Shown here one piece after another: positions 32,278-41,811 of a stretch of 64,000 nt of DNA (positions within the stretch are counted from its first letter, which is position 1; every line of letters begins with the position of its first letter). The DNA lies in the NCBI GenBank assembly GCA_965242695.1, contig CBDESU010000002.1, forward strand, positions 832,001 through 896,000. Direction: 5' to 3'. A model generated the notes under the pieces. That model searched no databases. It saw nothing but the letters and a program-made list of their open reading frames with translations, and was not told the DNA's origin. The position numbers and the translations under genes are program-made. The stretch comes from Cenarchaeum sp. Lineage in GTDB: Archaea; Thermoproteota; Nitrososphaeria; Nitrososphaerales; Nitrosopumilaceae.

Positions 32278-32949
32278 ATGGACAGGGAAGAGTACGACCG
32301 GCAGGAGGACGAGGAGCCGTTTGATGCGGTGCGCAGGATGGCGGTTCCGCCCCCCGCCGGCGCCGAACTGGACCGCCTGATCCTGGAGACCAAGGTGCAG
32401 GCGCTGGCGCGCGTTGCAAAGGAATACGCAAGCAATCTTGGCGGCGGTCATGGCGAGTTCCTGAGAGCCGTAAAGTGCGACGTTCCGGATATGCCGTCTC
32501 GTACTGCAAGCATCGGTATGGCGGCAGCGTAAGCTCGCTCCTGAAGTGGCACTCTGCCTGGCCCTCCACGTTGCGGAGCGGGGGGAGTGGCTCGGCAGGG
32601 CCATACAGCTCATGCTCGAGAGCGCCGACAGCGCCGGCGACGAGCGCAGGGCGTCGTCGTACCTCGTGATTGCGCACAACCTGAACCGGTGGCACGGCTG
32701 CCGGATGGACGATGCGGTAGCCGGCTCCGCCATGTGGCTTGCAAGAGGGCGCAAGGACAGCCGGTTTGCCCACATCTATGCACGCGTTGCAGCATGCGCC
32801 GAAAAAAACCCCAAGACGAGGGACGAGCTGCGGGATGCGATGATCCGCCGCGCGGCCCGCTCCGATCTCCCTGACGCGCGGCGTTTTCTCGAGGCGGCAA
32901 TTCAGGCGGCCGCGGACAGGGGACCTGCCAGGCTTGCATACATGTACAC
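32278..32949 (+). pseudogene. Probable N-terminal part of a DUF4209/HEPN-like gene, frameshifted and cut by IS110
   Basis: Two helical ORF fragments (32278-32532, 32546-32953) that end exactly at the IS110 left end. Confidence 0.45.
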
Positions 32950-32977
32950 ATGAAAAACCCCGGGGCGGGGGCGGGGC

Positions 32978-33095
32978 TGTGGACCGACCCCTTCAACCGC
33001 GTGGGCATTGTTCCCTTTTGCATGAATGGGGCGAATCGAGCTGCTGTGTAGCTGGGCATTGTTCCCTGATAGGTGCTTGCAGCCTCCGGTCCAAC
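32978..33095 (+). ncRNA. Candidate IS110 bridge/seek RNA
   Basis: Outer stem GGACCG/CGGTCC encloses two stem-internal-loop-hairpin arms, each capped by GGGCATTGTTCCC; loop strands match the target site and the circle junction. Confidence 0.6.
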
Positions 33096-33137
33096 ACCGC
33101 CCACCAGGGCATCATCCGCAAGGAGGTGAATTGAAGG

Positions 33138-34241
33138 ATGGTATATATTGGAATCGACATATCAAAGCGTAAGTGTGACGTGTGTACAGTCGACGCAAAG
33201 GGCAAGGTGCTCGAGAGGGGCCAGTACTCCAACACGCCGGAAGGCGCCAAGAAGTTCGCGGCCTCGCTCAAGCGCAAGTATGGACGTCGGCGCCCCGTCG
33301 CCGCGTGCGAGACGACCGCCAACATGTGGCAGGTCTCGTACGCCGCGTTCGAGGATGCTGGCATCGACATAAAGCTTGCCGACACGTACAAGATGGTGCT
33401 CATATCGCGGACCGCGAAGAAGACCGACAAGGTCGACGCCGAAAAGATAGCGCAGGTGCTGCGCATGGGGATGCTCCCCGAGTGCCACGTGCCCGATGCG
33501 GGCACAAGGGCACAGCGCCAGCTCATCCGGCGAAGGGTTTCGCTGGGCCAGGACAGGACACGCGCGACCAACCGGCTGCGCGCGCTCCTCGACATGCACG
33601 GCAGAACGGTCGACGCCTCGCGCCTGTACCTGAAGAAGGCCATGGCGCAGCTGAGCGGCATGATACTCGGCAACGGCGAGGACAGCGTGGACACGGCCGT
33701 GCTGCGGTCGCATGTGAAGCAGATCGCCTCGCTCAACGACGGCATCGAGGATGTGGAGCGAAGGATCGACGTAGAGGCGGCGGCCGACGAGGACGCCGAG
33801 CTGCTCATGAGCATCACTGGATTCGACGCATACTCTGCCATAGCTCTATCGGCGGAGATCGACGACATTTCCCGCTTCGAGACTCCCAAGCAGTTCATCT
33901 CGTGGGCCGGCCTGTGCCCGATAGTTCGGCAGTCCGGCGACGAGGTGCACCACGGCGGGGTCAAGAAGATCGGCAGGAACCGCACCGTAAACTGGCTCCT
34001 CACCGAGGCGGCCAACACCGCGGTGCAGCACGATCCCCGCATGAAGGACGTGTACAAGAAAGCGAGGGCGAGGCATGCCGACAAGCATGCCCCCGCCATA
34101 GTCGTCGTCGCCAACAAGATGGCGACTATCGCGTTCTATGTGCTAGTGAGCCGCAAGCCGTACACGCACAGCAACACGCCGAGGTACGATCGCAAGCTCA
34201 AGAGGTTGCGCAGTCGAGCCAAGAAGAACGACGATGCGTAG
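33138..34241 (+). CDS. IS110-family DEDD transposase/recombinase
   Basis: YIGIDISK, ACETT, KKTDKVDA, GLCP..RQSG (catalytic Ser), A.K motif; AGGAGGTG RBS. Confidence 0.96.
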   Translation: MVYIGIDISKRKCDVCTVDAKGKVLERGQYSNTPEGAKKFAASLKRKYGRRRPVAACETTANMWQVSYAAFEDAGIDIKLADTYKMVLISRTAKKTDKVDAEKIAQVLRMGMLPECHVPDAGTRAQRQLIRRRVSLGQDRTRATNRLRALLDMHGRTVDASRLYLKKAMAQLSGMILGNGEDSVDTAVLRSHVKQIASLNDGIEDVERRIDVEAAADEDAELLMSITGFDAYSAIALSAEIDDISRFETPKQFISWAGLCPIVRQSGDEVHHGGVKKIGRNRTVNWLLTEAANTAVQHDPRMKDVYKKARARHADKHAPAIVVVANKMATIAFYVLVSRKPYTHSNTPRYDRKLKRLRSRAKKNDDA

Positions 34242-34427
34242 TGGAGGAGGATGTTTGCCGCCGCCGCTAACGCGGCGGCGTGACCCTCCGCGAAGCCGTT
34301 GGAAGCGCAGGGTGGGGGAGCCTGCGTACGCGGGCGCGCTAGACATATAGCAACCCACGCCTGCGGCGCGGCTGGACCGGATGTCTTCTCCCAACTTCGC
34401 CCCGCCCCCGCCCCGGTTTTTTCATAG

Positions 34428-35315
34428 GTGCGGCTGTGCGAGCGGCGCGCCGACGGCGAGCGGCGCGCGCCGCAGAGGGCGCACGGCTACAACGAGGCGC
34501 TGCGCCACGCCGACGGGCGCGGGGACCGCGAGAGGCTGGCCGGCAAGGTGGTAGAGGCCGCGCGGCTGGCCGAGTTTGCCGATTACGCGGATGCCTGCGA
34601 GGAGCCTGCGCTGGAAATACCGGGCCAAACCGGCCCCGAGCGGGCCAGGGGCCTTGCCGCCGCGCTGTCCTGCATTGTGCTGCCCGCTCGGATGATCCGG
34701 CGGGACGGCGGCGGGGATGCCGCCGGCGCCGGCGGCCGCGCCGAAGTGGCCGGGCGCTGGGCCCATTCTCTGGCCGCGTACGTCTCCGCAGTCGCGCGCG
34801 CCTGCGAGGACGGCGGGCGGATCTCGGCGGACGACCACGTGAGCTGCATAATGTCCTCCGGGCTTGGCATCGGCCGTGCAGAGGAGGCCCTGATCAGGGC
34901 GGGGATTGAGAGGCACTACGACGGGGACTATGCGTCTTCGATCCACATACTGATGCCGCAGGTAGAGTCGACGCTCAGGGCAGTGCTCGGGCAAAAGGGC
35001 GCCGATGCTGCCGGCGGGGACGGGCCGCCTGCTCGGACTGGCGCGCTACGCTCCATGATCGAGGGGGGCGAGGGCATCCTGGGGGGCGACCTTGCCGCGT
35101 TTCTCCATGTGTGGCTTGCGGGTGCGGACTCTGCCAACCTGCGCGACAGGGTCTGCCACTGCCTGTACGGGGACGGCGGGGAGGCAGGGGAGGAATGCGC
35201 GCTGCCGCGCGAACTCAACCACGGCAACTCCCTGGCCCTGATACTTGCCATCGAGCTGCTCTCTGGCGCATGCTCGAAAGACCGTCCCGCCCGACGGGGG
35301 CCGGCGACGCGGTGA
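34428..35315 (+). pseudogene. DUF4209 (HEPN-like) C-terminal fragment
   Basis: GDYASSIHILMPQVESTLR and NLRDRVCH (Rx4H) motifs; begins at the IS110 right end. Confidence 0.65.
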
Positions 35316-35354
35316 GCCGGCGCCCTCGGAGCGCCTGACAAGCGGCGCCCTGCC

Positions 35355-35756
35355 TCAGTCCCTGTCCCGCTTGAGGGTCCTCTTGGCGGCCTTTGAGAAC
35401 TCGGCCAGGATGTCGTCGAGCTCCTTTAGCGACTCGATGGTGCACCCGTCGGCGCGGTCGGCCAGTATCTTCATGTCGATCTCGACCGATCTTATGTGCT
35501 CCGACAGCACGTTCCTTACGTCGTCGGGCCTCCTCAGGTATTTTGCCGCCGGCAGGTACGTCGTGTCGAACCTGTGGCTTATGACGCGTATGTGGCCGTC
35601 CTTTGAGAGGCTGCGTATGGCGCCGGTGACGGCGGCCTTGGTGGGCCGCTTGCCCTGCACGGTGATCTTGCCAAAGGGGTCGCGCCTCGAGCCGCCCTTT
35701 TTCACGCCGCCCTCGCTCTTGATCAGCGCGAACACGGCCTTTTCGAGATCGTTCAA
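35355..35756 (-). CDS. Hypothetical protein (possible wHTH plus helical tail)
   Basis: Lys-rich, non-shadow composition; probable TTG start. Confidence 0.5.
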   Translation of the reverse strand: MNDLEKAVFALIKSEGGVKKGGSRRDPFGKITVQGKRPTKAAVTGAIRSLSKDGHIRVISHRFDTTYLPAAKYLRRPDDVRNVLSEHIRSVEIDMKILADRADGCTIESLKELDDILAEFSKAAKRTLKRDRD

Positions 35757-35849
35757 CGCGGGCCGGACGCCGCCGACCCCTATGAACCGTTGCGCCGCCC
35801 CGGCCGCGGCGCGGCGGTCTCCGATGCAAGCACGGCGGGCAGGTCTTAT

Positions 35850-36755
35850 ATGCCAAGAAGGGGCCACGCCGGTAATGACAGCGAGTGGCGTCAGAATGCC
35901 CTCGCGGCTTTTTTGCAGGCCATGAACCTCGCGGCATTTGCCCTCGCGGCGACCCTCCCCGCGCTGGTCCTGATCCCGCTCAACTTCGACTCCATCCACG
36001 GGTACTATGCGTACAGCATACCGGTTGCGGGCGCCACCGTAGACATATACAGCATCGTCTACGATACGGTGGACGACGACGGGTACTACATAGAACCGCA
36101 GTACCATTTCAACCGCACGCGTGTGACCGAGCACGTGGGAACCATCATGGGCCTCCCCTTTATGATCGCAAGCGTAGAGCCCGTGGGCAACGGGACGATC
36201 AGGGTGGATTTTGCAGACAAGAACTACACGATATACAGCCACGACGGATCAACGTACAGGGTGGCGCCCCCGTTCTCGCACAGCGAGGTGATCGGGGTCA
36301 ACCAGACCTTTGTCGCGCTGTGCTCAAACTACAGGTCTGAACGGTACAACGACCACAGCTCGACGGGGCTCGTGATCTACCAGTACAGGGGGATCGAAAC
36401 GCACACGATCACAGAGGTGGAGCAGTTCGTGCCCGCCACGGAATACGGCAAGGACGGCGCGACAACCATGCGGCTACGTGGTGACAGCGCGCACGCAGTA
36501 CGCACCATAGAGCTGTCGTCGCCCAAGGAAGTGCAGGTATACAAGTTTTTGTCAATGTCTTCGTACACGGACGGCAAGATGCGATGCGACTATCCGCAGG
36601 TGATCGAGCACACGGTCGACTCGATGCGTGTTGACACTGCCAACCTCAGGGCCGCCCTGCAGGAATGGACAGAGAAGAGATCCGCCTATTTTGGGTGGAA
36701 GGATCCTGCTAGATCCAAGGCCTTTTACGATGTGCTGTACGAGTGGTTCAGGTAA
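35850..36755 (+). CDS. Membrane-anchored hypothetical protein
   Basis: One N-terminal TM, Tyr/Thr-rich beta region, lower GC than flanks. Confidence 0.7.
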   Translation: MPRRGHAGNDSEWRQNALAAFLQAMNLAAFALAATLPALVLIPLNFDSIHGYYAYSIPVAGATVDIYSIVYDTVDDDGYYIEPQYHFNRTRVTEHVGTIMGLPFMIASVEPVGNGTIRVDFADKNYTIYSHDGSTYRVAPPFSHSEVIGVNQTFVALCSNYRSERYNDHSSTGLVIYQYRGIETHTITEVEQFVPATEYGKDGATTMRLRGDSAHAVRTIELSSPKEVQVYKFLSMSSYTDGKMRCDYPQVIEHTVDSMRVDTANLRAALQEWTEKRSAYFGWKDPARSKAFYDVLYEWFR

Positions 36756-37626
36756 CGGATGCCGGCGCCCGCGGCGCGGCCGCCCCGCCGCGGCCGCGAG
36801 GTGCAACGGCAGCCAGCGCGAGCACCTCCCACGGAAACGTGATGCGCCCGCTCCTTGCCGTGTAGGGGGCGGTGTTGGACCTGACATCGTCCCAGAACTT
36901 TTTGCGGTCCGCCCTCGGCAGGGCCATCAGCCTCTTGCGCTGCGCGGCCGCGACGTACCTGAGGTGGCCCCTCTTGTAGTCCTCGAACGTGCCGGGGCTG
37001 TGGCGGAACAGCATCGTCTCCTCCCGAACGACCTCGAATCCGGCCCGCTCGGCCTCGGCCCGCAGGGCCCCCATTGTGCCGAACCTGCCCAGGTCGGGCG
37101 CCCCGGGCGGGTCGAACCCGGGAATGCGGCGGCGCGCCGCCTCTAGTATGCTCGTGAAGAACGGCGCGTTGTCGCCGTGTACCGCCACCGCGAGCGTGCC
37201 GCCCTCCCTGAGCATGCGGCGGGCGCTGCGCAGGGCCGCAACCGAGTCGGGAAAGTAGAACAGCGCGTACTGGCATATGGCCGCATCGAATGTACGGGCG
37301 AACCGGACCGTCTCGGCGTCGGCAAGGCAAAAGTGGGCGTTCGGCAGGCCTGCGAAACGGCGCGCGATGCGCAAAGCAGACGCCGACATGTCGAACCCGA
37401 CGACGCTGCCTGTCCGCCCGGCCGCCCTGGCGGCCCTCCGGGTTACGGCGCCGGTCCCGCAGGCCATGTCTAGTACATGGTCGCCCCTCTTGATCCCAGC
37501 CATTTTGACGAGGCGGGCGGTCGCCGCGAACGGGCCCGCGCCCACTCCTGCCCACCTCTTGTGGTAGCGGGGGGCCACCTCGTCCCATGCGGCGGCCGTG
37601 CGCAGCTTGTAGTCCGTGCCGCTCAT
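36748..37626 (-). CDS. UbiE-like SAM-dependent methyltransferase
   Basis: VLDMACGTG, VGFDMS, ADAE, FD, L..GG. Confidence 0.9.
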   Translation of the reverse strand: MSGTDYKLRTAAAWDEVAPRYHKRWAGVGAGPFAATARLVKMAGIKRGDHVLDMACGTGAVTRRAARAAGRTGSVVGFDMSASALRIARRFAGLPNAHFCLADAETVRFARTFDAAICQYALFYFPDSVAALRSARRMLREGGTLAVAVHGDNAPFFTSILEAARRRIPGFDPPGAPDLGRFGTMGALRAEAERAGFEVVREETMLFRHSPGTFEDYKRGHLRYVAAAQRKRLMALPRADRKKFWDDVRSNTAPYTARSGRITFPWEVLALAAVAPRGRGGAAAPRAPASVT

Positions 37627-37673
37627 TGCCTTTGTTACGGCCGCCAAGCGCGGAGCGGCTCCTCCCGCGTGCT

Positions 37674-39089
37674 TTATCCGTGCCGCCCCTTCGCGCTCCC
37701 TTTCCAGCGCCGTTCCCCGCCCGCCTCTTCTAGGCGCGCCTCGATCTCGGCGCGTATGGCCGCCGCAATCTCGGCCTTGGGCACCCATCCCGTCCGCCTT
37801 GGCCTCCTTCCGGCAGCCAGGATCGCCACGCTGCTGCGGCCCGGGTCCCTCGCATGCCTCTTCGTTCCGACCAGGTTGGCGACCATCATGTCGGCGCCAG
37901 CCTTTCGCATCCTGGCAAGCGCCCTCCGCTCCAGCTCTTCCTGCGCGACGCCGGCCTCGGCCTTGAACCCGACGAGGAGCGCGCCGGGCTGAGCTGCCCT
38001 GACGGAGTCGATGATCTTCGGGGCCCTGACGAGGCGTATCGTCAGGCTTTTCGCCGAGCTCTTGATCTTTGAGGCTCGAGGCGACCGGACGGTATAGTCC
38101 GCCGCCGCCGCGGCCATTACCACTATGTCGAATTTCTTTTTGCGCATCTCTCTGCGGACGGCCGCGTCCATCTCTAGCACGGTCGTAACGGGGATTATCC
38201 TTGCGCCGGCAGGCGGCCGCTCCCTTCCGGGGCCGTACACTACGGTGACGTCGCAGCCGGCGGACACGAGCTCGCGCGCGAGCAGCATTCCGGTCGTGCC
38301 GGTGCTTGCGCTCGTGATCGACCGGACGGGGTCGAGCGGCTCGGACGTCGGGCCTGCCGTCAAGAGGGCGCGCCTGCCGCGCAGCGCACCGGATCCGCCG
38401 AGCCGCCCGGCGACAGCGCGCAGCATCTCCTCGGGCTCGGCCGCCCGAGCCTTGCCCTCCTCGAACGCGGGCGCGACGAACTCGACCCCCCTTTTTTCCA
38501 GGAACGCGACGTTTCGGCCTACGGCCGCGTTGCGGTACATCGACTCGTGCATGGCGGGCCCCACCACGATGGGGATGCCGGCGCCGAGCCCGACGGTCAG
38601 TACGGTGGGGACGGGCGCATCGTCGATGCCGTTTGCGAGCTTGCCGATTGTATTGGCCGTGGCGGGGTACGCGACTATCATGTCCGACCCGCCGCGGTCG
38701 GCAAGGCGTATGTGCTCGAGCTCGCCCGTGAGTTTTGTGACGGCGGCCCTGCCGGTGGCCCACCTAAAGTAGTCGGGCCGCACCAGCCTCGTGGCCGCCG
38801 CGCTTGCCACGCATGTGACGTCGGCGCCGTGCCGCATGAGCAGCCTTGCAAGCTCGATGGCCTTGTACGCAGCCACGCTGCCCGCAACGCACAGGACGAT
38901 TTTCCTGCCGGACAGCTCGGTCCCGCGCGACTCCACAATGTCGAGGGACGGGTGGGGATCCTTGCCGCCCCCGCCCGCGCCGCCGCCTGCCCCCGCCCGC
39001 GCCGCCCTCTTTTTTCCGCTCGGGGCGGGGCGCCGGCTAGTCCCGCGGGCCGACCCGCCGCCGTGCCCCCCGGCCTTTGCCACCGCCAT
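37674..39089 (-). CDS. coaBC: Bifunctional phosphopantothenoylcysteine decarboxylase/synthetase
   Basis: GSVAAYK, PATANTIGK.ANGI.D, PAMHESM, TAGPT.E.LDPVR, VGFKAE. Confidence 0.95.
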   Translation of the reverse strand: MAVAKAGGHGGGSARGTSRRPAPSGKKRAARAGAGGGAGGGGKDPHPSLDIVESRGTELSGRKIVLCVAGSVAAYKAIELARLLMRHGADVTCVASAAATRLVRPDYFRWATGRAAVTKLTGELEHIRLADRGGSDMIVAYPATANTIGKLANGIDDAPVPTVLTVGLGAGIPIVVGPAMHESMYRNAAVGRNVAFLEKRGVEFVAPAFEEGKARAAEPEEMLRAVAGRLGGSGALRGRRALLTAGPTSEPLDPVRSITSASTGTTGMLLARELVSAGCDVTVVYGPGRERPPAGARIIPVTTVLEMDAAVRREMRKKKFDIVVMAAAAADYTVRSPRASKIKSSAKSLTIRLVRAPKIIDSVRAAQPGALLVGFKAEAGVAQEELERRALARMRKAGADMMVANLVGTKRHARDPGRSSVAILAAGRRPRRTGWVPKAEIAAAIRAEIEARLEEAGGERRWKGSAKGRHG

Positions 39090-39098
39090 CCCTCCAGC

Positions 39099-39974
39099 CT
39101 ATTCCCGCGCGAGGGCCGCCCCGCCCCCCTTTGCGGCCACCAGCCTCCCCGCCTCGCCCCCGTCCATACCGAACGAGTGCCCCTCGGCCGGAAACGACCC
39201 GCCCTTTACCTCGGCCGCGTAGGCCGCGACGGCGCCAGAGACGGACGGCGCCAGGTCGGCGTACCTCTTTGCAAACCTCGGGCTGATCCTGTCGTAGATG
39301 CCGAGCAGGTCGTGGACGACGAGGACCTGCCCGTCGCATCCGGCGCCCGAGCCTATCCCTATCGTCGGCACGCCGACCGCGTCCGTGACCGCGCCGGCCG
39401 CCTCGCGGGCGACCATCTCTAGTACGATGGAGAACGCGCCGGCCTCTTCCAGGCTGCGCGCGTCGTCCGCCAGGGATCCGGCCGCCTCGGCCGTGCGCCC
39501 CTGCACCCGGTACCCCCCTGACAGCGAGCTCGTCTGCGGCTGCAGGCCGATGTGGCCCATTGCGGGGATGCCGGCATTTACAATGGCGCGCAGCACGGGG
39601 GCCATGGCCCGCCCGCCCTCGATCTTTACGGCGTCGGCGCCGGCCCTGACGAGCCTGCCGGCGTTGCGGACGGCCGTCTCGGGCCCCGGCTGGTACGACA
39701 TGAACGGCATGTCGGCTACGACAAGGGCGCTCCTCCTTGCGCGCGCCACCGCCGACGTGAACATGCACATCTGTCCCACCGTAATGCCGGTCGTGCCGTC
39801 CTGGCCGAGGACGACCATGGCCGCGCTGTCGCCGACTAGCAGGACGTCGATGCCCTTTTCTCCGTCCTTCTTTTCCGCATCGCACAGCGACGCGAGGGCG
39901 TAGTCGTATGCGGTGACGGCGGCGATCCTCTCCGTACCCTTCATGGCCCGGATGTCGCCGGCGGTCTTGTGCAC
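39099..39974 (-). CDS. panB: Ketopantoate hydroxymethyltransferase
   Basis: TAYDY, LLVGDS, ADMPFMSY, VKIEGG, GHIGL.PQ, DGQVLV.HD. Confidence 0.96.
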   Translation of the reverse strand: MHKTAGDIRAMKGTERIAAVTAYDYALASLCDAEKKDGEKGIDVLLVGDSAAMVVLGQDGTTGITVGQMCMFTSAVARARRSALVVADMPFMSYQPGPETAVRNAGRLVRAGADAVKIEGGRAMAPVLRAIVNAGIPAMGHIGLQPQTSSLSGGYRVQGRTAEAAGSLADDARSLEEAGAFSIVLEMVAREAAGAVTDAVGVPTIGIGSGAGCDGQVLVVHDLLGIYDRISPRFAKRYADLAPSVSGAVAAYAAEVKGGSFPAEGHSFGMDGGEAGRLVAAKGGGAALARE

Positions 39975-40810
39975 TACGGCCGCACCCCCGCATCCCTTTC
40001 GGGCCCGCCCTTGTACTCGCCCCCGAGCACGTCGCGCATGCGCCGCATGCTGCCGGCCAGGCACCGCGCGCCGTCAAACTCGGCGAGCGTCCTGCCGAGG
40101 GCGGCCGCCGGCAGGCGCGACATCCGCCTGCACTCGGCGGCGAGCAGGGGGGCGGCCCTTGTCAGGTTGTCGACTATGGCGATGTCGGCCGCCCGCGCCG
40201 TACGCGAGAGCGGGTTGAGGTCGACGGCTATGACGGTCTTGCCGGCGGCCCGGAGCGCCTCGGTCCTGTCGCCGTCCTCTAGGGCGACCAGGACCGTATC
40301 GGCGCGCCAGATGCCGTCCCTGTCGACGATCCGCCGCGCCGAGTCCAGGCCGTGCAGGCGGACCGCAGCACCGGGGTCGGTCCCGAGCACGCGCGCGGCC
40401 CCCGCGCGCTCGAGCTCGGCTGCCACCCGCGCCCTGCGCTCGAACGCGCCGTAGAACAGGTTGACCTCTAGGGCGGCGCCTGCCGCCCCTGCAAGCTCGA
40501 CGGCCGCGCCGGCGCACAGGGCCGCCGCGTTGCCGTTGACGGACACGACGGGCCTCTTGGCGAGGAGCAGGGCCGCGGCGGCGGCGCTCGACGCCTCGCG
40601 GGCCCACGGCCCCGTCTCCTCGCCGATCAGATAGTCGAACGCCTCGCCCCTGCCGTGGGCCATCAGCCCCTCCTCGGCGACGACGCCGCCGGCGAGCCCG
40701 GCCACGAGCCTCTCGCGGATTACAAGCGACTCGTACCTCGGGTGCGTGCGCGGAATGCGGGCCGCCGGCGGGGCCATCTCGGCGGATGCGCCGCGCGCCT
40801 CGGCGGCCAT
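39974..40810 (-). CDS. Archaeal phosphopantothenate synthetase (4-phosphopantoate--beta-alanine ligase)
   Basis: HPRYESL..RE, AHGRGEAFDYLIGE, SVNGN, LEDGDR, DLNPLSRT. Confidence 0.95.
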   Translation of the reverse strand: MAAEARGASAEMAPPAARIPRTHPRYESLVIRERLVAGLAGGVVAEEGLMAHGRGEAFDYLIGEETGPWAREASSAAAAALLLAKRPVVSVNGNAAALCAGAAVELAGAAGAALEVNLFYGAFERRARVAAELERAGAARVLGTDPGAAVRLHGLDSARRIVDRDGIWRADTVLVALEDGDRTEALRAAGKTVIAVDLNPLSRTARAADIAIVDNLTRAAPLLAAECRRMSRLPAAALGRTLAEFDGARCLAGSMRRMRDVLGGEYKGGPERDAGVRP

Positions 40811-40811
40811 G

Positions 40812-41750
40812 TCACTCCTCGACCCTGGCCGGCCCGCCTATCCTGGACCCGATTACGATTCCGCCGTACCTGGAAAGTATCCGCGCCGCCTCTTTTTCCT
40901 CCCTCGACCCAGCCGCGGCCAGCGCAAATACGGTCTCGCCGAACAGCGCAACGCCGCACCGCACGCGCGCGGCCCTCAGGCCGGCCGCGGCCCCGGCCAT
41001 CCTGCGCGTGACGACGCCGATGTGCCGCGCAAACTCCATCGACATGTCCTGGAACATCTCCAGGTCGCCGCCCGGGCCGGCGAGCCTCTCGACCATCGTG
41101 CCGCCGAGCCCGTTGATCCGCGGCAGGCGCTCCGCAATGAACCGCCTTGTCGACACGGGCGAAAAGCATCCGATGACGGCCGCCGTGCCGGCGCAGTCCG
41201 GGTCGCCGCCGGCCCGGGCCACCCTGCCGATGCCCGGCGCGCCGGCCCCGACCCTCACCTCGAACCCGCCGTGGTACGCGGCGAGCACGTCGCCGAGCCC
41301 CGTCCTGCACGAGACCTCGGCCCTGTGGGCTATCCGGCCGGCCTCCTCCCTTGGCAGGCCGCAGCCGAGCGCCTCGTTGAGCGCGAGCGCAAGCGACAGG
41401 GCCGCCGCGCTGCTGCACCCGAGGCCGTACCCGACGGGAACGCCGATCTCGTGGCGAATGTCCGCCGAGATGCCCTCGCCCCCGCACGCGGCCCGCTCAA
41501 ACTCTGCCACGACGGCCCTCGACACGTCGGTGTTGCCGGGCGCGTGGCCCGCGGTCGACACGGCCAGGCGGCCGTTCCGCCCCCTGCCGAGCCGCGCGCC
41601 GGACACGCGCGTCCGAACCCCGTGCACGATGCTGAACCCGGCGCCGAGCGAGCCCGTACGGTCGATCTCCTGCCCGCCTCCGGCCTCGGCCTTGAAGAAG
41701 CCGGTCACATGGGCGGGGCAGAACGCAGCGCCGGCCCCCCGTTGCGCCAT
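40812..41750 (-). CDS. Pantoate kinase (GHMP family)
   Basis: F.PAHVTGFF, GSLGAG, PVGYGLG.S, AH.AEV...TGLGDV. Confidence 0.92.
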   Translation of the reverse strand: MAQRGAGAAFCPAHVTGFFKAEAGGGQEIDRTGSLGAGFSIVHGVRTRVSGARLGRGRNGRLAVSTAGHAPGNTDVSRAVVAEFERAACGGEGISADIRHEIGVPVGYGLGCSSAAALSLALALNEALGCGLPREEAGRIAHRAEVSCRTGLGDVLAAYHGGFEVRVGAGAPGIGRVARAGGDPDCAGTAAVIGCFSPVSTRRFIAERLPRINGLGGTMVERLAGPGGDLEMFQDMSMEFARHIGVVTRRMAGAAAGLRAARVRCGVALFGETVFALAAAGSREEKEAARILSRYGGIVIGSRIGGPARVEE

Positions 41751-41811
41751 CGCCCGTTTAAACGGGCGGTAAGATATAAGAATACGGATTAAACAGCTTA
41801 TACCGGTATAA

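Larger units (their letters stand above)
32950..34425 (+). mobile_element. IS110-family element with inverted ends and AT core
   Basis: Left ATGAAAAACCCCGGGGCGGGGGCGGGGC versus right GCCCCGCCCCCGCCCCGGTTTTTTCAT; CAT present at both junctions. Confidence 0.88.
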
